Shown in pieces: positions 1-9,053 of a stretch of 64,000 nt of DNA. The notes below the pieces were generated by a model. The model did not search any database. It was not told the DNA's origin and saw only the letters and a program-made list of their open reading frames with translations. The DNA is taken from IMG/VR virus record IMGVR_UViG_2821042281_000001, positions 1,161-65,160 of that record. The stretch is one strand, 5' to 3'. The position numbers and the translations under genes were made by a program. The number at the start of each line of letters is the position of its first letter. Positions within the stretch are counted from its first letter, which is position 1. Source of the stretch: a virus. Taxonomy: Duplodnaviria; Caudoviricetes.

Positions 1-2
1 AA

Positions 3-476
3 GGCGAAGCGGATAGCGGGGTAACGAATATCCGAAACCTCACCTCGCCTCATTGGCGACGCTGGCAAGGCGTTGAAAGCCGGTGCGTCGTTCCTGCAAC
101 CTCCTTTTCCGAATATGGGCAGGAACCGGACCCGAAGACCAAGCGCAAGCCGCTGCACTGGTTCGCTCTGAACGAGGAAAAGCCGCTATTTGCTTTCGCC
201 GGAATATGGACAAGTTGGAAGGGTGTAAGGAAGAAAAAGGAAGGGCCGGTCGAGGTCGATATCTTCGCGTTCCTGACCACCGAGCCGAATGCCGTGGTGA
301 AGCCGATCCACCCAAAGGCAATGCCAGTTCTTCTCCGCACCACAGAGGAAATCGACACATGGCTGCGGGCTCCCTGGAACGAAGCCAAGGAAATGCAAAA
401 GCCCCCGCCCGACGCTGATCTTATCGACCTCACGCCGAGTAATGACAACGAGAAAGCGCAGCCGAGTTTGTTTTAA
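3..476 (+). CDS. SOS response-associated peptidase (SRAP/HMCES family), 5'-truncated by the window
   Basis: Frame open from base 3: VTNIRN..RCVVPATSFSEY..FAFAGIW..FLTTEPN..IHPKAMPV. Confidence 0.9.
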   Translation, partial: GEADSGVTNIRNLTSPHWRRWQGVESRCVVPATSFSEYGQEPDPKTKRKPLHWFALNEEKPLFAFAGIWTSWKGVRKKKEGPVEVDIFAFLTTEPNAVVKPIHPKAMPVLLRTTEEIDTWLRAPWNEAKEMQKPPPDADLIDLTPSNDNEKAQPSLF

Positions 477-655
477 AATCGACGCTATTGAAGCACCGGC
501 TTTTTTAATTAATTTGCAACCACTTATACTCTAATGATTAAGCATAGAATTCGGTCATCGGTTGTTTACCATTGGTTTTAATTCGGCTGCAACGAATGCG
601 AGGATAGGTTGCGCCCAGTTCAGCAACGAACGGGCCAACTTGAAGGGGCAAAGAC

Positions 656-838
656 ATGACGAATATTTTCTCGCGTTTCCGTAAAAACGAATCTGGCGCA
701 ACTGCAATTGAGTACGGCCTGATCGCCGCTTTGATGGCGGTTATTGTGATCGCAGCCTTTACCGGTCTCGGCACCGCATTGAAGAACAAGTTCACAGAGA
801 TTGGCACCACGATCTCGACCGGCGAAGCGCCGAAATAA
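656..838 (+). CDS. flp: Flp/type IVb pilin
   Basis: ESG|ATAIEYGLIAAL prepilin motif with hydrophobic helix. Confidence 0.93.
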   Translation: MTNIFSRFRKNESGATAIEYGLIAALMAVIVIAAFTGLGTALKNKFTEIGTTISTGEAPK

Positions 839-886
839 CCTTCAGTTCTGAGAGGAGGCTTCGGTTGCTCCTGAGCCTCCAAACTA

Positions 887-920
887 GGCCGCCTGTCGAA
901 AGATGGGCGGCCCTTTTTTT
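887..920 (+). terminator. Intrinsic terminator after pilin
   Basis: GGCCGCC..GGCGGCC hairpin followed by a T-tract. Confidence 0.7.
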
Positions 921-979
921 GCTCCATCCAGCTACCCGCTTGTCTTACCCGCCCTACCTTCGTCAAAAAATGAGGAAGG

Positions 980-1198
980 GTGCTTATGGCGAGTTCAAAG
1001 AAAATCTCCGGTCCGAAAAGCGACGGAAAATATCCTGACCGTAATATTGACTGTCAGACAGCAATCGCGTTCCGCGTCGTTGAACTGATTGAAGAAGCTG
1101 AAAACTCCGGCTGGACAGCCATCGAAGCCGCGAAAGCTATCCAAGAAGTGTCACGCGGACTATTTGTAGGACACGCCGGCAAGGATCGAAACGAATGA
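980..1198 (+). CDS. Small hypothetical protein (rhizobial type, YPDRxIDCQ motif)
   Basis: SD GAGGAAG; plausible helical product. Confidence 0.6.
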   Translation: MLMASSKKISGPKSDGKYPDRNIDCQTAIAFRVVELIEEAENSGWTAIEAAKAIQEVSRGLFVGHAGKDRNE

Positions 1199-1201
1199 TT
1201 G

Positions 1202-1226
1202 GGAACAACCTGGACGCTGCCTGGTT
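1202..1226 (+). promoter_or_regulatory. sigmaEcfG (general stress)-type promoter
   Basis: GGAAC-N17-GTT. Confidence 0.55.
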
Positions 1227-1231
1227 CTAAA

Positions 1232-1318
1232 ACTTCTCCTTAAACAAATTCGCGTCGTTGAGAGCCTGCACTGACCCCACCCCGCCATTTCATGAATAGG
1301 CGGGGTTCTTTTTTTTTC
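1232..1318 (+). ncRNA. Candidate stress-induced sRNA
   Basis: Lies between the EcfG-type promoter and a CCCGCC/GGCGGG hairpin with a long T-tract; no convincing ORF; contains CTTCTCCT. Confidence 0.35.
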
Positions 1319-1418
1319 TGCGTCCGGGGTTTTGTGATTTGTATTAAAAGCTTTGGTCGCCCATTCTTATTGGATTGTTGTGGGGGTTTCTACTAGCGAA
1401 AGCTAAAGGGAGACCAAA

Positions 1419-1733
1419 ATGCCGTTTTTTAGCGAAGCGAGCCGCATATATAATCCCATCGAAGTGAATTTCATGCGAAGCTGCTTCAGTCACGCTTCAA
1501 CCATACTTGAAGAAAGCGACCAAGATTACTCCGCTGCCGACCTGGCATCGTGCACTATCATGCTTTACCATAGTGGGCTCAGAGATCACGCTTATCTTAG
1601 TGAGCTATCAGCAAGGTTGGCTCACCAACGGTTCGAGAGACGCCACGAAATCGAACAATGTCCAGCTGCCAACAGCAACGGCCCAAAGCGGATGGCTCGT
1701 GCGCAATCCGTCGAATACGATCCACTCGCCTAA
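1419..1733 (+). CDS. Hypothetical protein
   Basis: SD GGGAG; 104-aa ORF. Confidence 0.6.
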   Translation: MPFFSEASRIYNPIEVNFMRSCFSHASTILEESDQDYSAADLASCTIMLYHSGLRDHAYLSELSARLAHQRFERRHEIEQCPAANSNGPKRMARAQSVEYDPLA

Positions 1734-1736
1734 GCG

Positions 1737-1761
1737 GGAACAAAAGATCGAAGGTAGAGTT
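1737..1761 (+). promoter_or_regulatory. sigmaEcfG-type promoter upstream of the DUF982 gene
   Basis: GGAAC-N17-GTT. Confidence 0.55.
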
Positions 1762-1885
1762 TCACACGAGGCAGTCTAACCAATTGCCTTAGCGCCAGCA
1801 CAGCACAACCCTGCGCCAGAACCGTCGCTGACGCGGCCCTGCCGTTGCTCGTCCCTCGGCAGGGCAAGTTCTTCGGGAGGGGAAT

Positions 1886-2134
1886 ATGCCTTGGGGAAAG
1901 CCAGTAGACGTCCAGCTTTACGGTATCGGAAAATATCGCGTGGTACCGGACACGGCGACAGCCGCTCGATGCCTGCTTGAGGATTGGCCGGAAGACGCTC
2001 ACGGTAAGGAATATGAGGAAGCCTTGCAGGCTTGCCTGGCCGACCTCGAAGGGCTTCCGAACACCGCCAGAAAATCGTTTGTCAAAGCAGCCAAGGCGGC
2101 CGGACTGACAATCCGGCCCTGCCAGTGGCACTGA
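1886..2134 (+). CDS. DUF982 family protein
   Basis: W..PV.V..AARCLLEDWP..AR..FV.AA.AAGL pattern. Confidence 0.85.
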   Translation: MPWGKPVDVQLYGIGKYRVVPDTATAARCLLEDWPEDAHGKEYEEALQACLADLEGLPNTARKSFVKAAKAAGLTIRPCQWH

Positions 2135-2270
2135 GATCGTTCAGGCTATCCGAGACGCTCTGAACGATAGCGCCAGGCTGGGTTAGGCCCCCTGTGCCAA
2201 GCGCGGCCCGACAGGTCGGTAGATCTGTCGGGCGTATTTTTGAAATACATATTCCAATATCTTTTTGTGC

Positions 2271-2295
2271 GGAACAAAACCGCCACTTTCCTGTT
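2271..2295 (+). promoter_or_regulatory. sigmaEcfG-type promoter upstream of the NepR-like gene
   Basis: GGAAC-N17-GTT. Confidence 0.6.
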
Positions 2296-2322
2296 AAGCC
2301 GAAACCCAAAAAGGCCTAGGCT

Positions 2323-2517
2323 ATGACAGAACCCAAAAACCATCATAATAATGCACGGCGAGCATCTGGCGAGATACCAAGAGCTCACCAGTCTGCAGAG
2401 GCAATAGCCCAATCTTTAAAAGCGCGCTTGATAAAGGCCTTTTCAACTGAGAACGAGGATCAGTTTTCTGAGCTACTTGCACGGCTAGAGCAGGCTGAGA
2501 AGGGTCGCCACCATTGA
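2323..2517 (+). CDS. NepR-like anti-sigma factor
   Basis: IAQSLKARL..F..E..DQFSELLARLEQAE resembles the two-helix NepR core; EcfG-type promoter. Confidence 0.55.
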   Translation: MTEPKNHHNNARRASGEIPRAHQSAEAIAQSLKARLIKAFSTENEDQFSELLARLEQAEKGRHH

Positions 2518-2913
2518 GCGGCTCTTTACGGGGTGCATCTGAGACTTCCCTATTCCCCCGCGCGCTCTTCGTCCCGGGACTTTTCTAGATCCGAAACTAA
2601 ACTCCGCAGTCAAATTGACATCTAATGTTTGAAGGGCAAACCCTTTAATCTAAAATCGAAATCATTATTTCCCTGTAAAAACAACGGAAATATTAAATTG
2701 GGTAAGTATTTTTATCATTCAATTTAACCATATCGAATTAATAATTTGACACAATCACTTAACATCGCTAAAAGACGGCATCGATATTTTCTTGCTGAGC
2801 TTTGCTTGCTGCACGATTAGCGCCGTGCGATGAACGAAAACTCCCTTTTAAAAATCGTTTCGTCTCTGCGTTTTTTAAACGCGTCTATCAATATTACTTT
2901 GAAAGGGGTTCCT

Positions 2914-3123
2914 ATGAACACCGGCACAGTTAAATGGTTTAACGCAGCAAAAGGCTTTGGCTTCATTCAGCCTGAAAACGGCGGTTTGGATGCGTTTGTT
3001 CACATCTCCGCTGTTGAGCGAGCAGGTATGCATACGCTCAGTGAAGGCCAGAAACTGACTTATGATCTTGAACAGGATCGCAAGTCTGGAAAAATGTCCG
3101 TTTGTAATTTGCAGGCGGCTTGA
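2914..3123 (+). CDS. cspA: Cold-shock protein (CspA family)
   Basis: GTVKWFNAAKGFGFI, AFVHISAV; long AT-rich leader. Confidence 0.97.
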   Translation: MNTGTVKWFNAAKGFGFIQPENGGLDAFVHISAVERAGMHTLSEGQKLTYDLEQDRKSGKMSVCNLQAA

Positions 3124-3186
3124 ATGAAGTTTCTTCTTTCTAGTGACCACGGATGTACTGGCACAACTGAAAGAAGTTGACTTTAG

Positions 3187-3215
3187 GGTCGGGCTAATGC
3201 CCGACCTTTTTTTTG
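3187..3215 (+). terminator. Intrinsic terminator after csp
   Basis: GGTCGGGC-taat-GCCCGACC followed by a T-tract. Confidence 0.85.
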
Positions 3216-3467
3216 CCCGGCAAGTGAGCCAACACGAAAGAGAAATTAAAATGAATAACCATGAAGAGAATATAGGCCTTGCCATTCCGAACACTAACTT
3301 TAGCGTGGTGAAACATGCTGTTGCTACGCAGCGCGATATTGAAGACGCGCACAAACAGATGTCATCCCCCTCAGAAGATTGGACAAAGCTTTCCAATATA
3401 CTTAGGCGGTCATGCGGGGGCTCATCGCGAAAACGTTCTCTTCGTAGATAAGCACTTAGGATGCGCG

Positions 3468-3818
3468 CTACTGGCTACGTTTTCTTCTCGTTTCCAACGC
3501 CTTAAGTCTTTCAGCGAAATAGATGATCTTATTCAGATCATACATTCGACTGGCCGCGTCTTTCTCTCCGAACCGATAGCAAGCCTTGAAGATATTGCCG
3601 AGCGCGAATGACATGCCTTTGTGCTCGATCAGGTCGTTTAGCTCGGTCGCATGGGGAGGCAGCTCGTAATAGCTCGTGCTGCCGCCGTCGGAGGTGACAG
3701 GAGGCGCGGATGCGCGAAGCCCCAGGTCTGTTAAGTGAATCGGCTTTGGCATGGGCTGCTTGCCAGAACCTGGTTCACCTCGAGCAATCTCACGGTCAAT
3801 TCGTGCGTCTGGAACCAT
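3468..3818 (-). CDS. DUF3310-like phage protein (T7 gp1.7-related family)
   Basis: DGGSTSYY..FALGNIFKACYRFGEK..DLNKIIYFAE. Confidence 0.6.
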   Translation of the reverse strand: MVPDARIDREIARGEPGSGKQPMPKPIHLTDLGLRASAPPVTSDGGSTSYYELPPHATELNDLIEHKGMSFALGNIFKACYRFGEKDAASRMYDLNKIIYFAERLKALETRRKRSQ

Positions 3819-4150
3819 TAGACTTCCTCCCTCACCTTACGCTTCGGCTCTTCGAACTTCTCAGTCACAGGACCGCCTGCGAGCAAACCGCGCAGCGACG
3901 ACAGCTTATCGCGAACAAGTGGACGAAACCGACGCGCCGCAAACGGCGGATTGTCATAACCGAACTGCGGGCAGACGCCCCGATCGACGCCTTTTAGGCG
4001 CACTCCAATGTAGCTGCCCTGCGTGTAATGCTCGAACGGTCCGATCCAGGCGATTTCATAAATCTCGCCTTCCTTGATCTCGATGAACTGTTCGAAGCCG
4101 ACTTTGGCGTCGATGCAGACGATTTGTTCGCCGACTTGGAAGTTGGTCAT
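3818..4150 (-). CDS. Phage hypothetical protein (SH3-like N-terminus)
   Basis: FQVGEQIVCIDA; overlaps both neighbours. Confidence 0.7.
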   Translation of the reverse strand: MTNFQVGEQIVCIDAKVGFEQFIEIKEGEIYEIAWIGPFEHYTQGSYIGVRLKGVDRGVCPQFGYDNPPFAARRFRPLVRDKLSSLRGLLAGGPVTEKFEEPKRKVREEV

Positions 4151-4356
4151 GCCGCTTCTCCTGCGAGGATGGCTGCGTAAATCGTTGCTCCAGCGGCACG
4201 TTGAGCACAGGTGTATTCAATTCCTTGGAAGTGTTGGATAGCCACATCCGCGCAACGCTGACGCTCTGCAAGGATGGCTGCGTTCACACGCTCTTCAATA
4301 TGCTCTTCGAGGTTCATTGCCGCGATATCATCGTCAATCACGCCGCGTCCCTCCAT
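4147..4356 (-). CDS. Phage hypothetical protein
   Basis: Coupled stop/start; AILAERQRCA. Confidence 0.55.
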   Translation of the reverse strand: MEGRGVIDDDIAAMNLEEHIEERVNAAILAERQRCADVAIQHFQGIEYTCAQRAAGATIYAAILAGEAA

Positions 4357-4817
4357 GCCCTTAACCGCCGATACTCAACCGGAACGCCATGGCTACGCGC
4401 TCGCGCCGTTCCTTCCGCCATTCCATGGCTTATACCCAGATCGTCATAGACAACGCATTTCTCCGCCACGCGATACCATGCGAGACCAGCCTCGATGCCG
4501 AGTTCACGTTCATCAGGCCGCAAGTCGTCCAGCACCTGCGTATGCAGCAAGTGGCTTGCAATCGGCGCTTCACCCCGGCGCAAACTGTCCAGCAGGCACG
4601 CTCGCGCGTATTCGCTGTTGCGCGCCACGTCGCCGCTGTAAGGGCTTTCGATGATGACGAGCGGCCCGCGGCTGTCGTTATAAGGTTTTGGCGAACCACT
4701 TATAACCTTTCCGCCTACCCTCGCCTGCCATCCTTCAACAGCCGCTCGCGCAGCGCGGTCTTCTTCCTGCCATTCGTCGCCCGGCTGATGTACGTCGTAA
4801 AGCTGGTGTAGCTCCAT
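4338..4817 (-). CDS. Nucleoside 2-deoxyribosyltransferase-like (DUF4406/DUF7768-type) protein
   Basis: LVIIESPYSGD..EAPIASHL..CVVYDDLGISHGM. Confidence 0.65.
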   Translation of the reverse strand: MELHQLYDVHQPGDEWQEEDRAARAAVEGWQARVGGKVISGSPKPYNDSRGPLVIIESPYSGDVARNSEYARACLLDSLRRGEAPIASHLLHTQVLDDLRPDERELGIEAGLAWYRVAEKCVVYDDLGISHGMAEGTARARSHGVPVEYRRLRAWRDAA

Positions 4818-4872
4818 ATTTCTCTCCTCATGTTGGTGGTGAAAGCGCCGCTTGGTGGGCGGCGCGGGTTGG

Positions 4873-5178
4873 TTATTCTTCGTACTCATAATAGTAATCA
4901 TCAGCACGGCCAGTATCTCTGTCCGGAATTATGCGGCTGCGGATGTGCTTACTCGAGGCGGCTGCTGCAATAATCTCTTCTTCCGTCAAATGTAGCCGAG
5001 CAACAAGATGGGTTGTAGTTCTTCGCCCTCGGCTGCCGGGAACGTCCTTTGCATCCTTGAGATACTTTTCTAGCTTGCGCCTATTCGACCGACTTTTGAT
5101 TTTTTTCTTTGCAGCCAATATCACAGTTAGTATTACCGCCAAAATTCCGGCGATTGCCCCCAAATCTCCAATACTTGC
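4873..5178 (-). CDS. Membrane-anchored moron protein
   Basis: N-terminal TM, AT-rich codons. Confidence 0.55.
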   Translation of the reverse strand, partial: ASIGDLGAIAGILAVILTVILAAKKKIKSRSNRRKLEKYLKDAKDVPGSRGRRTTTHLVARLHLTEEEIIAAAASSKHIRSRIIPDRDTGRADDYYYEYEE

Positions 5179-5222
5179 CATACTACCCCTCCCCACCGCA
5201 CTAACAGCGTAGTTTCGCTATA

Positions 5223-6515
5223 CTAGGCCACCCTCCTCTCGCTCGCCACATTATCATTCGCGGCCACGGGCACACGCGCAGCGCCCTTGACCATCGCCGG
5301 CGTCATCCTGTCCCTGGCAACTTCGCCGTATTCTTTGTGATACGTAATACGCTTGGCTGACCTGCCGGACAGCCAGCCGCCGCTTGCGGCATAGTCATCC
5401 TTGGCGGCAAGCGTTTCGTGGCGCTCGACATACATCAGGTTTGTCTTGATGCCTTCGTCGGAATGCTTATGGCCAATGTGGCAGTAGGCCGACAAACTCA
5501 GGCCGTATTCTTTGCGGAACAGGCCAGCCATCGTCACGTCGACGTTGTTGATAGTCCGCTTGTCGCCGTGATGGTAAAACAGCGCTGTCTTGCCCCACGA
5601 GTAGACGTGGTAGTGCATCGGTGAGTTGTCAACGCTTATGCGAGGCTCGTGCTCGTACATGGCCGCGAGCATCTCACGCAGCCATGCCGACGATGCCGGA
5701 TCATGATTGCCGGACGCCATAATAACGTGAACATGCTGGTGCTTCTGCAGAAGCATGTCGATGATGCGCCGGACTGTGCGGATGACGACGCGAATAACCT
5801 TCTGCAAGCGGCTATCCGCGTCTAGGACGTGCCTATGAGCAGGCGTAACGCTTTCGAGGCTATCATGATGCATCAGATCACCCAACTGGGCCAGCACAGC
5901 CGTGTGCGCTTGCGGGGCGGCGGCTACGGCTGCAGCGAACCAGTCCAGTAGCAACTGCTCTGCAATGCGAAGATCGTAATCATCTCCCGTTTCTTCACGC
6001 CATGCCAGCATACCGAAGTGACTGTCTGTCACGACGAACTGGTTAAGTAGTTCGGACGCAACATGCGCAGGAGGAGGCGTAATCGTGACGCGCGGTAGGC
6101 TTTCGGACAGCGCTGCAACAGTTGCATCCAGAATGGCGCGCTGCTGTTGTACATCAGCCCGCTCCATAATGTGCTGAGTAATCACCCGGCCTTCGGCATT
6201 CACGAGCGTCGTCTTGCCTTTGACAGCAAGGCCTGCAGTCGGCTCATAAACTGGACCAGCCTCTTTCGTCTGGCGCACGTAAGTGCCGTTCGGCGTCTCG
6301 GTCAGGCTTTTGATCGCATAGCCGGGCAATGTCGGTGACGGACCCAGCAGCCCAATCTCAGCGGCCCGCTTAATGCTGTCGTGAAATGCCGACTTCTTTA
6401 TGCCAAGCGCCGCCGCAGCCTTAACCAGCGTGCCGTGCTCGCGGTAAGCCTCCGCTCGGCGCAGGAGTTCTTCGTGTGAAAGGCGCGCACCCGCGCCCTG
6501 TCTGTCATGGGACAT
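5223..6515 (-). CDS. Calcineurin-like metallophosphoesterase with N-terminal HTH
   Basis: TDSHFG, LGDLMH, SGNHD, HHGD, IGHKH motifs; AAAALGIKKS HTH. Confidence 0.85.
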   Translation of the reverse strand: MSHDRQGAGARLSHEELLRRAEAYREHGTLVKAAAALGIKKSAFHDSIKRAAEIGLLGPSPTLPGYAIKSLTETPNGTYVRQTKEAGPVYEPTAGLAVKGKTTLVNAEGRVITQHIMERADVQQQRAILDATVAALSESLPRVTITPPPAHVASELLNQFVVTDSHFGMLAWREETGDDYDLRIAEQLLLDWFAAAVAAAPQAHTAVLAQLGDLMHHDSLESVTPAHRHVLDADSRLQKVIRVVIRTVRRIIDMLLQKHQHVHVIMASGNHDPASSAWLREMLAAMYEHEPRISVDNSPMHYHVYSWGKTALFYHHGDKRTINNVDVTMAGLFRKEYGLSLSAYCHIGHKHSDEGIKTNLMYVERHETLAAKDDYAASGGWLSGRSAKRITYHKEYGEVARDRMTPAMVKGAARVPVAANDNVASERRVA

Positions 6516-6693
6516 ACAGTCTCCTCGTGTTTGGTTTGGTAGCCGACTCGCGGCGCGGATTGGTCGTCCGATAGTGAAAAGAAAATGAGCCTCGAGATGA
6601 GATGTCAAGCGGGAATAAGAAAGACGCCGCGTAACCTTCAGGCAAGGTTCATCTCCCAGCTTCTGTTTTGAGGATCTGGAAAAGGAGTAACCA

Positions 6694-6873
6694 ATGAACG
6701 AAGACCGGAGGCGTGAGCGCCGTGGGCGCCCTAAAAATCCGATTGAAAAGCTGAGTATTTCCATTCGGTTGGAAGCGGAATTGGTGCGCCGGATACAAGC
6801 AACTGATCCCAACTGGCGTGAGAATATCGCCGATCTGGTCAGGCGGGAATTTCAGTTAGAAGATACGAAATGA
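6694..6873 (+). CDS. Orphan BrnA-antitoxin-like RHH protein (59 aa, not in ORF track)
   Basis: AAGGAG SD; RGRPKNPIEKLSISIRLEAELVRRIQATDPNWRENI. Confidence 0.7.
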   Translation: MNEDRRRERRGRPKNPIEKLSISIRLEAELVRRIQATDPNWRENIADLVRREFQLEDTK

Positions 6874-7075
6874 TCGGCGCCGTCCTGGTAACCGTGGTGA
6901 GCGGCGCAAAAGGAAGGATGGAATGTCTCGATAAATGTGGTGTTAATGGCCCATGAAAGATTGATTTCAGTAATAAATATTCACGTAAGAAACGATTTCC
7001 TAATTAAAATTTGGGCTGGAGTACGGCCGCCGACTCACCATAAATACTTAAAAATAAAACCACACGGGTGTTAAT

Positions 7076-7447
7076 ATGCGTGCGATTTTGGCCCTAGGCG
7101 CGTTACTTGTATCCAGTATTTATGTGGGCGCGGCAGAAAAACCCATCGAGTCGTACTACGCTCGATTAAGCGCCGAAGATCATTTCAATTCAGCGGGTGA
7201 GCGCCTAACTACAGCTGCAGCGATTATTCGGCAGGATCGAGCAAACTTCCATGTTTATGGGAAGCGCGATCGTGAAGATGATTCGGATTATACGTTTTCT
7301 GACAAAGCTAACCGCGCCCGACTCGAACGAATGATCGCCAACGGCCATTACCTCGGTGGTGCCGAAAGCGCGGTGCTGAACGGAACGCCGCTGATATATG
7401 TCGAAATTTACGAAGATTACGTCACGGTCTCAGTCCGGGACGATTGA
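7076..7447 (+). CDS. Exported protein moron
   Basis: Signal peptide; AT-rich upstream region. Confidence 0.75.
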   Translation: MRAILALGALLVSSIYVGAAEKPIESYYARLSAEDHFNSAGERLTTAAAIIRQDRANFHVYGKRDREDDSDYTFSDKANRARLERMIANGHYLGGAESAVLNGTPLIYVEIYEDYVTVSVRDD

Positions 7448-7602
7448 AAATCCGACATCGTACGGAAAGCGTTACTTGTGGCCCCACCGCCGCATTTATG
7501 ACGCCAGAATAAAAACAGTGGCCCGATAGCTGTCATATTTTTTTTGCCTGCTATCAACAACCACAATATTGCCGACGCCCTGCCTACCAGCTACAAGCGC
7601 GC

Positions 7603-7794
7603 ATGATTTCATTTCCTTGGTGGGTTGCCGTCCTCGTCTATATGTCAATCTATTGGCCGATTACCGTGATGATAGCGGCGGCCATAGTCATGACGGCATT
7701 CTTGGGAACGAAGAGCGTGGGCTGGCGCGCTTTCTGGAGTGTTCTGGCATTCCTGATCGTGGCGCCGGTTATCTGGTTCTACACGCTGGCATAA
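7603..7794 (+). CDS. Small membrane protein moron
   Basis: Highly hydrophobic 63 aa. Confidence 0.55.
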   Translation: MISFPWWVAVLVYMSIYWPITVMIAAAIVMTAFLGTKSVGWRAFWSVLAFLIVAPVIWFYTLA

Positions 7795-7855
7795 AGGACA
7801 TCCCTCCTAAGCGGGTCTTCATACCCAAGGCCGGAGGCGGCGGCCGGAATGCCGC

Positions 7856-8191
7856 CTATGCTCTCGTCCGCGTCGTCCTCGTCGCCATGATGTTATCAAT
7901 CCGCTCAGTAAGCCCGTCGATGCGATGCGCCACACTTTCGATGGCCCGCATAATCTGCGACGTCTGTTCCTGCATGCCTGCCTTCGTGGCGAAAGTTTCA
8001 GCTGCCCGCAGCTTGTAGTCGGAAAGTTCCTGCCGCGTCAGGCTGGCAAGTGCGGTCGCAGCGTCCGCTTTCGCCGCATTGCGGGCCTCAGCTTTCGCGA
8101 TCTGGCTTTCAACATACTTCCATAGCCCGAACAAAAAGCCCATCAGCATCACGATAAAGCCGACGACGGCCATGATTTCAGCGCCGGTCAT
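7856..8191 (-). CDS. Lysis-cassette membrane protein (holin candidate)
   Basis: Single N-terminal TM plus coiled coil; follows the spanins. Confidence 0.6.
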   Translation of the reverse strand: MTGAEIMAVVGFIVMLMGFLFGLWKYVESQIAKAEARNAAKADAATALASLTRQELSDYKLRAAETFATKAGMQEQTSQIMRAIESVAHRIDGLTERIDNIMATRTTRTRA

Positions 8192-8511
8192 TGCACACTC
8201 TCGGAAGTTATGTTGCAATGGTCTGATCTAAAGGGGTGGGGCAGATGTTTGAAAACCAGACAATCGGGGTGACATGCCCTAACTGCGGAAATCAGATCGA
8301 GCAAACTATCGGTTGGCTTAAATCTAACGACAAAGTCACCTGTCCCGGTTGCAGCTCTGACTTGGCCATCAATAGCGAAAAGCTCTTCGCCGGAATTGAG
8401 AAGGCCGAGGAGGCGTTCTCGAAACTCGGGAACTCTGTTGGCCACATCGGAAAGCGCAAATAGAGTTTGTCGGACGCTACCCAAATCCAAGCGCAATATC
8501 GGGATGTTCAC
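8188..8511 (-). CDS. Hypothetical ORF antisense to the zinc-ribbon gene
   Basis: GTGA overlap with o-spanin stop and ATGA overlap with next start. Confidence 0.45.
   Translation of the reverse strand: MNIPILRLDLGSVRQTLFALSDVANRVPEFRERLLGLLNSGEELFAIDGQVRAATGTGDFVVRFKPTDSLLDLISAVRACHPDCLVFKHLPHPFRSDHCNITSESVQ
8245..8463 (+). CDS. Small zinc-ribbon protein
   Basis: CPNC..CPGC; SD GGGGTG. Confidence 0.7.
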   Translation: MFENQTIGVTCPNCGNQIEQTIGWLKSNDKVTCPGCSSDLAINSEKLFAGIEKAEEAFSKLGNSVGHIGKRK

Positions 8512-8699
8512 GGTCGCACCCCGCACAACTCTTCCAGTTTGGTATTCTCCACGAGGATCTGACGCTTCGTGCCATCGGTCAGGCTGTCCTCGACGCTCGG
8601 GCGGACGGGCCGGGCTACGTCGCAGTAGCTACCGGCTGTCACGCATCCACCGAGACAAAGCAGCGTCAACATCACCGCCGCCAAGCTTGCTCGTTTCAT
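8508..8699 (-). CDS. o-spanin (Rz1-like) lipoprotein
   Basis: Lipobox LGGC; overlaps 3' end of i-spanin. Confidence 0.75.
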   Translation of the reverse strand: MKRASLAAVMLTLLCLGGCVTAGSYCDVARPVRPSVEDSLTDGTKRQILVENTKLEELCGVRP

Positions 8700-8865
8700 C
8701 TTCGATCTTCCTTGCTTTGTTGGCGGCTTTAAGCCGGTCGGCGGTTGCGCTCGTTGCGTTGTCCGCCCTGCCCTTGAGGTAAGCGCCTGCCAGAATCGCA
8801 AGGGCCGCAGCGATTGCCACGGCCCAGCCTGTGATTTTGGAGTGCAGGGATAAGAGCCAGGTCAT
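8629..8865 (-). CDS. i-spanin (Rz-like)
   Basis: N-terminal TM plus helical periplasmic tail, downstream of endolysin. Confidence 0.75.
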   Translation of the reverse strand: MTWLLSLHSKITGWAVAIAAALAILAGAYLKGRADNATSATADRLKAANKARKIEDETSKLGGGDVDAALSRWMRDSR

Positions 8866-9053
8866 GTCGGCACTCCCGTCAAAATAAGCATGCGCTGCTG
8901 CCCTGTGAGCGGCAGCAGGTAGCCGTCACGCGTTTCGGTGACATCGCAGACTGTGAGCTTGGCGCTGCCCCAATGCTGCGAGCCGTTATCGATCCGCACT
9001 GTGGCCGTTCCAGCCTCGTCGTCGTACTCGATCGCAATCCTTGTGAGGCTCAC
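8862..9053 (-). CDS. Small hypothetical protein in lysis cassette
   Basis: GTGA and ATGA coupling at both ends. Confidence 0.55.
   Translation of the reverse strand: MSLTRIAIEYDDEAGTATVRIDNGSQHWGSAKLTVCDVTETRDGYLLPLTGQQRMLILTGVPT

Noticed and set aside
500-582. CtrA boxes upstream of the pilin
   Set aside because: Only half-site-like matches; spacing does not fit TTAA-N7-TTAA
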